A stretch of 64,000 nt of DNA from the human T2T-CHM13v2.0 reference genome, Homo sapiens. The position numbers and the translations under genes were made by a program. Where the stretch lies: NCBI RefSeq assembly GCF_009914755.1, contig NC_060943.1; one strand, given 5' to 3'. Below are positions 55,391-64,000 of this stretch, piece after piece. Position 1 is the first letter of the stretch. Each line of letters opens with the position of its first letter. The notes under the pieces are model-generated. The model saw only the letters and a list, made by a program, of their open reading frames with translations, did no database searches and was not told the DNA's origin.

Positions 55391-57541
55391 TTTTTTTTTT
55401 TTTTTTTTTTTAATTTTTAATTTTTTTTTTTTTTATTGATCATTCTTGGGTGTTTCTCGCAGAGGGGGATTTGGCAGGGTCATAGGACAATAGTGGACGG
55501 AAGGTCAGCAGATAAACAAGTGAACAAAGGTCTCTGGTTTTCCTAGGCAGAGGACCCTGCGGCCTTCCGCAATGTTTGTGTCCCTGGGTACTTAAGATTA
55601 GGGAGTGGTGATGACTCTTAACGAGCATGCTGCCTTCAAGCATCTGTTTAACAAAGCACATCTTGCACCGCCCTTAATCCATTTAACCCTGAGTGGACAC
55701 AGCACATGTTTCAGAGAGCACAGGGTTGGGGATAAGGTCACAGATCAACAGGATCCCAAGGCAGAAGAATTTTTCTTAGTACAGAACAAAATGAAAAGTC
55801 TCCCATGTCTACTTCCATCCACACAGACCCGGCAACCATCCGATTTCTCAATTTCTTCCCCACCCTTCCCGCCTTTCTATTCCACAAAACCGCCATTGTC
55901 ATCATGGCCCATCCCCAATGAGCCGCTGGGCACACCTCCCAGACGGGGTTGTGGCCGGGCAGAGGGGCTCCCCACTTCCCAGTAGGGGCGGCCGGGCAGA
56001 AGCGCCCCTCACCTCCCGGATGGGGCGGCTGGCCGGGTGGGGGGCTGACCCCCCCACCTCCCTCCCGGACGGGGCGGCTGGCCAGGCAGAGGGGTCCTCA
56101 CTTCCCAGTAGGGGCGGCCGGACAGAGGCGCCCCTCACCTCCCGGACGGGGCGGCTGGCCAGGCGGGGGGCTGATCCCCCCCACCTCCCTCCCGGACGGG
56201 GCGGCTGGCCGGGCAGGGAGCTGAACCCCCCTCCCCCCTCCCGGACGGGGCGGCTGGCCGGGTGGGGGGCTGACCCCCCCACCTCCCTCCCGGATGGGGC
56301 GGCTGGCCAGGCGGGGGGCTGACCCCCCCACCTCCCTCCCGGACGGGGCGGCTGGTAGGGCAGAGGGGCTCCTCACTTCCCAGTAGGGGCGGCCGGGCAG
56401 AGGCGCCCCTCACCTCCCGGACGGGGCGGCTGGCCAGGCGGGGGGCTGACCCCCCACCTCCCTCCCGGACTGGGCGGCTGGCCGGGCGGGGGGCTGACCC
56501 CCCCACCTCCCTCCCGGACGGGGCGGCTGGCCGGGCAGGGGGCTGACCCCCCCTCCCCCCTCCCGGATGGGGCGGCTGGCCGGGCGGGGGGCTGACCCCC
56601 CACCTCCCTCCCGGACGGGGCGGCTGGCCGGGCGGGGGGCTGACCCCCCCCCACCTCCCTCCCGGACGGGGTGGCTGCCGGGCGGAGACGCTCCTCACTT
56701 CCCAGACGGGGTGGCTGCCGGACGGAGGGGCTCCTCACTTCTCAGACGGGGCGGTTGCCAGGCAGAGGGTTTCCTCACTTCTCAGACGGGGCGGCCGGGC
56801 AGAGACGCTCCTCACCTCCCAGACAGGGTTGCGGCCCAGCAGAGGCACTCCTCACATCCCAGACAGGGCGGCGGGGCAGAGGTGCTCCCCACATCTCAGA
56901 CGATGGGCGGCCGGGCAGAGACGCTCCTCACTTCCTAGATGGGATGGCGGCGGGGAAGAGGCGCTCCTCGCTTCCTAGATGGGATGGCGGCCGGGCAGAG
57001 ACGCTCCTCACTTTCCAGACTGGGCAGCCAGGCAGAGGGGCTCCTCACATCCCAGACGATGGGCGGCGAGGCAGAGACGCTCCTCACTTCCCAGACGGGG
57101 TGGCGGCTGGGCAGAGGCTGCAATCTCGGCACTTTGGGGGGCCAAGGCAGGCGGCTGGGAGGTGGAGGTTGTAGCGAGCCGAGATCACGCCACTGCACTC
57201 CAGCCTGGGCACCATTGAGCACTGAGTGAACGAGACTCCGTTTGCAATCCCGGCGCCTCGGGAGACCGAGGCTGGCGGATCACTCGCGGTTAGGAGCTGG
57301 AGACCAGCCCGGCCAACACAGCAAAACCCCGTCTCCACCAAAAAAAAAAACGAAAACCAGTCAGGCATGGCGGCGCGCGCCTGCAATCGCAGGCACTCGG
57401 CAGGCTGAGGCAGGAGAATCAGGCAGGGAGTTTGCAGTGAGCCGAGATGGCAGCAGTACCGTCCAGCTTTGGCTCGGCATCAGAGGGAGACCATGGAAGG
57501 AGACCGTGGAGAGGGGAGAGGGAGAGGGAGAGGGAGAGGGA
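55391..57541 (-). mobile_element. Full-length SVA (SVA_E-like)
   Basis: (CCCTCT)n hexamers at 57511-57540, Alu-like domain, VNTR, SINE-R and poly-A. TSD catttctgatttt at 55162-55174 and 57542-57554. Confidence 0.95.
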
Positions 57542-59739
57542 CATTTCTGATTTTGTTTATTTAGATTTCTATTCTGTTTGTGGTTAATCTAGCTGGCAAT
57601 TTATAAATTTTGTCTTTTTGAAAAAGCAACTTTTTATTCTATTGGTCATTCTTATTGTTTTTGGTTTTTATTTCATTTGGTTCTGTTCTGATTTATTTTT
57701 TTTTTCTTCTTCTAACTTGGAATTTTGTTTGTTACTAATTTTCTAGTTCCTTGAAATATGATGTCAGGTCCTTAACATGTAAGCTTTCTACTTTTTTGAT
57801 GCAGACATTTAGGCTATAAACTGCCCTCTTAGTACTATATTTGATGTATCTCACAGGTTTTATTATATTGTGTTTCTATTTCCATCTTTTTTCCCCACAC
57901 ATTTTTAATTTTCATCTTAATTTTCTTTTTGAGATGAGTTTTACTCTGTCACCTGGGCTGGAGTGCAGTGGAACAATCTTGGCTCACTGCAACCTCTGCC
58001 TTCCAGGCTCAAGTGATCTTTTTATCTCAGCCTCCTGAGTAGCTAGTATCATAGGTGCGCAGCACCACACCTAGCTATTTTTAAATTTTTTTTGTAGCGA
58101 TGCGGTTTTTGCATGTTGCTCAGGCCGTCTCAAACTGCTGACCTCAGGCGATCCACCTGCCTCAGCCTCACAAAGTGCTGGGATTACAGGTGTGAGCCAC
58201 CACCTCTGGCTGGTCATCCTAATTACTTCATTTACAGTGACTGTTTGGGATCATGTTGTTTTAATTGTTTGTAAATTTATAGTTTCTGAAATTTCTCTTG
58301 ATATCAATTCATAATTTTATTCTACTATGGTCTAAGTAGGTAGTTGATATAATTTTGATTTTTGGGAGTACTTTGTTGATTTGCCAGCTTTCCTATCTCA
58401 ATGGTCTCTCTAATGCTGTGAGTAGAATGCTGAATTTCTCCACTATTATTGTGTTACCTATAGAGATATTGTGTTACCTAAAGAGATGTGTCCATCTCTT
58501 TCTATAGGTTTAATAATATTTCTTTTTAAAGTCTGTTTTATTTGATATAAGACAGATACTGCTGTCTGTTTTTGGTTTCTGTTTGTGTTAATATCTACCC
58601 CCTTTACTTTTAGTTTATATGTATCTTACAAGTAAGGTGAGATTCTTGTAGGCAACACACAGTTGGATCATTTTTTCTTATTCATTTCATAAATCTATAC
58701 ATTTCAATGAAGGTTTTAATTGATTTATATTCAAGATTATATTAATATGTAAGGCTTTGTTACTGTCATAATGTTAATTATTGCCTTGTTTTATTTTTTC
58801 TTTTTATCTATTTATATTTGTGGTTTAATAAAATTATGTCCTATTGTGATTTATTTATTTCTCTCTTTGTTTTATAAGGCCTGTTTTATACTTTTATATG
58901 TTTTAATGATGGTGAATATCAATCTTTTGTTTTTATATTGGAAATCCCTGGAACATCTTTTGTAGGCCCAGTCTATTGGTAGTTAGTTTCCCCAGCCTTT
59001 ATTTGTCAGGATAAGACTTTATTTCTTCTTCACTTGTGAAGGTTAATCTAGCTTGATGTAAAATTTTTGGCTGGCATTTTTCTTTCAACACTCTAAAAGT
59101 ACCATCCTGTTCTCTTCTGGCCAGTAAAGTTTCTGCTGAGAAGTCTGCTTTTAGTCTGATGTGGTTCTATTTATAAATGACTAGATGCTTTTCTTTGGCT
59201 GATTTTAGAATTACTTCTTTCACTTTGAGTTTAGATACTCTGATTATTATGTGCCATATTGAGGTCTGTTTTGCATTGTATTCTGGTGGTGATTGCTGAG
59301 CTTCCTGTATATGTATGTCTAATTCTATTGCTAGAGTTGGGAAGTTTTCATCAATTATTTTCTTAAATAGGTTTTCTAAACTTTTTGATGTTTTTTCTTC
59401 CTCAGAAACTGATAATTTTTGTTTAGTCACTTTATGTAGTTGCAAATATCTCCAAATCTTTGTTCATTCTTTTTCATTTCTCTCCTTATTTTTGTCTCAG
59501 TAAATTATTTTAAAAGACCTGTTTAAAGGTCTGAAAATTCTTTTTATGCCTGTTTCAGTCTATTATTGAATTTTTGAATGTATTTTCTTTTTCCTTCATT
59601 AAATCTTTAAGTTCTACAATTTTTGTTTCTTTTTTTTTTTCTTTAAGGATGTCTATGTCCTTGGCACATTTCTTACTCATACTCTAAATTTATTTATTTA
59701 TTTTTATATTGGTTTTCAGATTTCTCTTGCATCTCTTTG

Positions 59740-60705
59740 TATTGGGGAAACCCACCCCCAATATTTCAACATAGGTTCTTTCTGTTTTCCATAAATGTCA
59801 GCCAGTCTGAGAAATAAAGAGAAAGAGTACAAAGAGAGGAATTTTACAGCTGGGCTGCCGGGGGTGACATCACATATCGGTAGGACCATGATGCCCACCT
59901 GAGCCACAAAACCAGCAGGTTTTTATTAAGGATTTCAAAAGGGGAGGGGGTGTAAGAACAGGGAGTAGGTCACAAAGATCACATGCTTCAAAGGGCAATA
60001 TCAGAAACTCCTGATAAGAGCCTATGTTCAGTGGTGCACGTATTGTCTTGATAAACATCTTAACAGAAAACAGGGTTTGAGAGCAGATAACTGGTCTGAC
60101 CAAAAATTTACCAGGCTGGAGTTTCCCAATCCTAGTAAGCCTGAGGGTACTGCAGGAGACCAGGGCGTATCTCAGTACTTATCTCAAACACATAGGACAG
60201 AAATTCCCAGAGCGGCCATTTATAGACCTCCCCCCAGGAATGCAATTCTTTTCCCAGAGTATTAATGTCAATATTCCTTGCTAAGAGAAGAATTTAGGGA
60301 CATCTTCCCTACTTGCACATCCATTTATAGGCTCTCTGCAAGAAGAAAAATGTGGCTCTTTTTGCCCGACCCCGCAGGCAGTCAGACCTTATGGTTGTCT
60401 TCCCTTGTTCCCTAAAATCGCTGCTATTCTGTTCTTTTTCAAGGTGCACTGATTTCGTATTGTTCAAACACGCATGTTTTACAATCAATTTGTACAGTTA
60501 ACACAATTATCACAAGGTTCTGAGGTGACGTACATCCTCAGCTTATGAAGATAACAGGATTAAGAGATTAAAGTAAGATAGGCATAAGAAATTATAAGAG
60601 TATTATTTGGGAAGTGATAAATATCCATGAAATCTTCACAATTTATGTTCCTCTGCCGTGGCTCCAGCCGGTCCCTCTGTTTGGGGTCCCTGACTTCCCA
60701 CAACA
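59740..60705 (-). repeat. MER11-type 3' LTR of HERV-K11 (HML-8)
   Basis: The minus strand starts TGTTGTGGGAAGTCAGGGACCCCAAAC; ~970 bp; preceded by the PPT aaaaagaaagggagaga. Confidence 0.85.
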
Positions 60706-62791
60706 TCTCTCCCTTTCTTTTTATATAAACGTGCCATGGCGATGAAGGCTTGTTCATTCTCTCAATTTTTACACATGATTCTTTGACTGGTCCAGCACAC
60801 TAAAAACAAGCTGATTAAACAGATAATCATAATTCCAAACATTACTACAATGGAGCCCCTGGTAGACTTAATCCAAGTCATGGGGTTTAGTCCAGAAAGA
60901 CTTTCTGCCACCTGATCTAATGCCTCAACTCCAGGCACAATGTATAAACCAGCTTGAGAGACTTCAAAAATTTGTTTCTTTAATTTAGTTATGTCCAAGG
61001 ATAAATTATCTTCCCTACTGAGAAGGTGTCCTTTGACCATTTCCCATGAATGATCAGTCTTGTTGTAGGAATATGGTGTGATACAGAAATCAGAAGTATT
61101 CCAATTGTACTGCATTTGCATGTGATGATCGAGACTCATTAGCTGATCCCCAAGCCAAATAACAGACTGTCTTAAATCATTCATTTGGTGAACTAATTTT
61201 TGATTGATGCCTTGTTGAGAATTCCACATTTGGGTGGAATTGGCTTGCCAATCATTGACAAAATGAGCCATTTGAATAGATTGGTGTAATGCCACTCCAG
61301 CAGTGGTGACCAGTGCAGTGACTGTAATTACACCCATGATCACAGCAACTAAAGTGAAAACAAATCTCTTAGCTCTTTTGAGAATTCATTGTAACATTCA
61401 TTAATTAAATGTACTGAGGGGGAAGATTCCCAAGGTCTGGGTAAAGTTACCAGTATCCAGATTCCTTCTTGAGCTTGAGCCAACATTTCACTTTTCCTGG
61501 AGTCAAAATGGGAGTTAATACAAGTGTATAAATGACAATTAATACATTGGGCAGTTTGTCCAAATTTTGATATTTCCCACTAACAGCATGTAAGGAGGCT
61601 TAACACAACTCTGTATAGGAATAGTCAGATTGGAGGTAAACAAAGCAGAATGCTTGAATCTACCTTGATACTGAGGGAGGGGAGCAGCAGTGGCAATGCC
61701 CGATGTTCTCCACCATAATGAAGCAATCTGAGGTGCCCAGGGATGCCAAAGAGGTGCCCAGGGATTGAGAAGAATTATAATGCCAATTAAGGTCCCATAA
61801 AGGAAGATTGGCATCAAAAAGAGGAAAAGGGTTTAAAGGGGATTTATCATGGGGTTCAGAATCATGGATGCGAGGGGCAGCAGTGGTGACAACAGACAGA
61901 AAAGTTTCCGCTTTCCATACTCACAGCCCGGACATGGCAATAGCCAATTTCCAAAGTTCTGGGTGTTCTGGGCACAGAATGGGGAATATCATACGAGGCC
62001 TCAGGTGGGTAATGCCCTTATCTTCCCATTTCAAGGGAAAGAATGAGCTGAACCTCCTATCCAAAGTAGAATGATGATCCTCATCCTTCCAATAAGAAAT
62101 AAAATAAGTAGCCTCCAGGCATTCCCTCCTGCCAGCGGAGCAATTGTTTTTTAAATAGCCCTTTGGTGCCCAGTCTATTACTAAACCATATGAGTCATTT
62201 TTTTTAATACTACTGCATGTCAGTTAACACAATCTTCCCAAATTAAAGTTTTAGATGGGCCCTCAACATTTTTAGGACATAGTTTTCCTACAGGTTTATA
62301 TTGAAAGTATGGGGTATCTCCTATTGCTCCCCTTTTCATTTGTCTTAAAGGAGAAAGGGAGAGGCCAGAGACCAAATGTCCCGGTTCTCTTGTAGCTAAT
62401 CTCTCCGGAAGATAAGCAGCCCAGACTTGAGTTTGTAGATGGATACAACCAGGTGCATGTCTGAGGCACAGAGGAGGGTATTTATAACCCCTAGTAACAT
62501 TAAATGCAGTGCCGCCTTCTCCTGGTTGAGTGGGGCAATGGTCATCTCTAGCTCCAGGCATCCACACACTATTGTTAGTATAGATTTCTGCAGGAGCATC
62601 CATCCAGATGAGAGGTCAAATAAGTGGAGGAAAAGGCACATAAGCCCAATAAGAATAAGTATGTGTAGCAGGTAAGTCAGTATGAGGGGAAATTGGTGAG
62701 ACAGAAAGTATAAGGAGGAGAAATATTAAATAAAACCTATTGTAAGCAAGATCCAGTGCTGAAGGAGGAAGAGAAGAACAGAGGGATGTTA

Positions 62792-63937
62792 TTTTTTTTT
62801 TTTTTAACAAAGAAGTATTTTATTATTTTGCTGCAAAGCTGTTGCTTCACTGTATAAAAATAGCACCAGCAAATGCAGTGTATCGCAAAATTAAGATAGT
62901 GGTGTTCCTCATCTGACACTGTACAAGCAACAAAACCTCTTCACTTCCAGTTATTTCCAATGGAAAGATCATTAAGTATTTCATCCCAAATCCAGGTATG
63001 GATACATGCAAGTTACAATATTATATAAGGCTTAAGAATAACAATGTTATCTTTGAATTATGTAATTTTTATAACTAGTTTTTACCATGGATAATTTCAT
63101 GAATTCTGAACACTAGAGCCTAGTCTAAAAATCATAGGATATTGTGAAAAAGACGCATATTATATTTATCTATAATCATTAGAAAGTTAAAGGCATTTTC
63201 TTTCATTAGCAGTGTTAACAGTAGTTTTTTTTCCCCATCGGTAATATTAAAAGTTTCTATTCTAAGTCTTCTATCCACCACTAATTTAAGACAACTCTGC
63301 TGGCTTGCGTTATTTCATACTAGTTTATTTAGGAGTTCCATTTTCACTCCTCAATAGATTTTATGTATTTCTCATATGCTTCTTCACTCATAAGTTCATC
63401 TAGTTCTGAAGGGTTACTCAGTGTCATCTTGATCAGCCAACCATCTTCACAACAAGATTTGTTTACGAGTCCTGGATTTTCTGCAAGAGCTTCATTAATT
63501 TCAGTTACTTCTCCTGATAAAGGAGAATAGAGTTCACTAGCAGCTTTCACACTTTCCAAAGCACCAAACTCATCTTGTTTGTTCAATTTTGTCCCAACTT
63601 CAGGCAGACTACAGTAAACAACATCTCCCAACGCTTCCTGTGCAAAATTGCTGATTCCCACTGTTCCAATGCCATTTTCTGTTGTTACCCATTCGTGTTT
63701 CTCTGTGAATTTACGCACCGAGAGCAGAGCGGGTCCAGTGCGCAGCGTACGGACGGCGCCCACCCCCAGCTGCCAGGGCCTTGGCGGGCAGGGCGCGGCG
63801 GGTGACGGGACCGCGCGCAGGGTGCAGAGCAGAGCCCGCACGCTCCGCACCACTCGCAGCGCCATGTTAGCAGGGGTGCGGGGGTCGCAGCGCTACGCCT
63901 CGGCCACCCGCGCCGGGAGGCGGGGCGGGGAGGGGCC
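62792..63937 (-). pseudogene. GCSH: Full-length processed retrocopy of GCSH mRNA
   Basis: Intronless; GC-rich 5' UTR; ~540-nt 3' UTR; AATAAA at 62819-62824; poly-A at 62792-62805; TSD tattttt at 62790-62796 and 63938-63944 at a TTTT/AA site. Confidence 0.93.
63344..63865 (-). CDS. GCSH: Glycine cleavage system H protein retrocopy ORF, intact 173 aa; expression unknown
   Basis: Mitochondrial presequence and lipoyl motif ESVKAAS (K107). The only difference from GCSH as I recall it is Y139C. Strong Kozak context AACATGG. Confidence 0.75.
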   Translation of the reverse strand: MALRVVRSVRALLCTLRAVPSPAAPCPPRPWQLGVGAVRTLRTGPALLSVRKFTEKHEWVTTENGIGTVGISNFAQEALGDVVYCSLPEVGTKLNKQDEFGALESVKAASELYSPLSGEVTEINEALAENPGLVNKSCCEDGWLIKMTLSNPSELDELMSEEAYEKYIKSIEE

Positions 63938-64000
63938 TATTTTTAAGGCTAATAGAAATGGTGAGATTTTTTGGTTTAGGAGAAGTGGGATTAGTTAGAG

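Larger units (their letters stand above)
54100..59739 (-). mobile_element. Old fragmented L1 (ORF2 pieces and ORF1) hosting the SVA and an Alu at ~57926-58212
   Basis: Minus-strand ORF 59167..59445 resembles L1 ORF1 (ENLFKKIIDENFPTLA..IQEAQ..HIIIRVSK); L1 sequence continues across the SVA TSD. Confidence 0.8.
60706..64000 (-). mobile_element. HERV-K11/HML-8 internal region: disrupted betaretroviral env, interrupted by the GCSH retrocopy, continuing beyond the window
   Basis: YSYWAYVPFPPLI at the SU start; RAKR furin site near 61366-61377; TM ORF 60762..61343 (WLGDQ..WNTSDFCITP). Confidence 0.85.

Noticed and set aside
60762-61343. 193-aa ERV TM ORF as a co-opted Env
   Set aside because: SU is frameshifted with stops, the leader is interrupted by GCSH, and a conserved TM cysteine appears lost (QYNWN).

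Overview
Primate (very probably human: two SVA_E-type elements) genomic DNA from a ZNF91-family KRAB zinc-finger cluster. From memory, and not verified, it fits the chr19p12 RPSA2/RPSAP58 locus. A dead + strand KRAB-ZNF gene spans most of the window: KRAB-A 16265-16378, KRAB-B 17166-17261 and a zinc-finger exon from 41646, all with stops or frameshifts; exon 1 lies upstream of the window. Its 24-kb last intron holds an internally deleted ERV3/HERV-R-like provirus (26031-32981, -), a full-length RPSA retrocopy with an intact 295-aa ORF (35647-36534, +) and a 5'-truncated SVA (+). Downstream are an L1PB-like element, a second headless KRAB-A/B remnant, and a full-length SVA (-) carrying a ~170-bp 3' transduction. 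The window ends in the 3' part of a HERV-K11/HML-8 (MER11) provirus whose env leader contains a very young GCSH retrocopy with an intact 173-aa ORF in the proviral sense. The most notable features are: two intact retrogenes placed in ready-made transcription units (a dead ZNF gene and a provirus), a near-identical inverted SVA pair, an SVA 3' transduction, and a perfect 50-bp duplication in the ERV 5' LTR. Most short ORFs in the track are Alu, L1 or SVA artefacts. Repeat boundaries given without a TSD are approximate.
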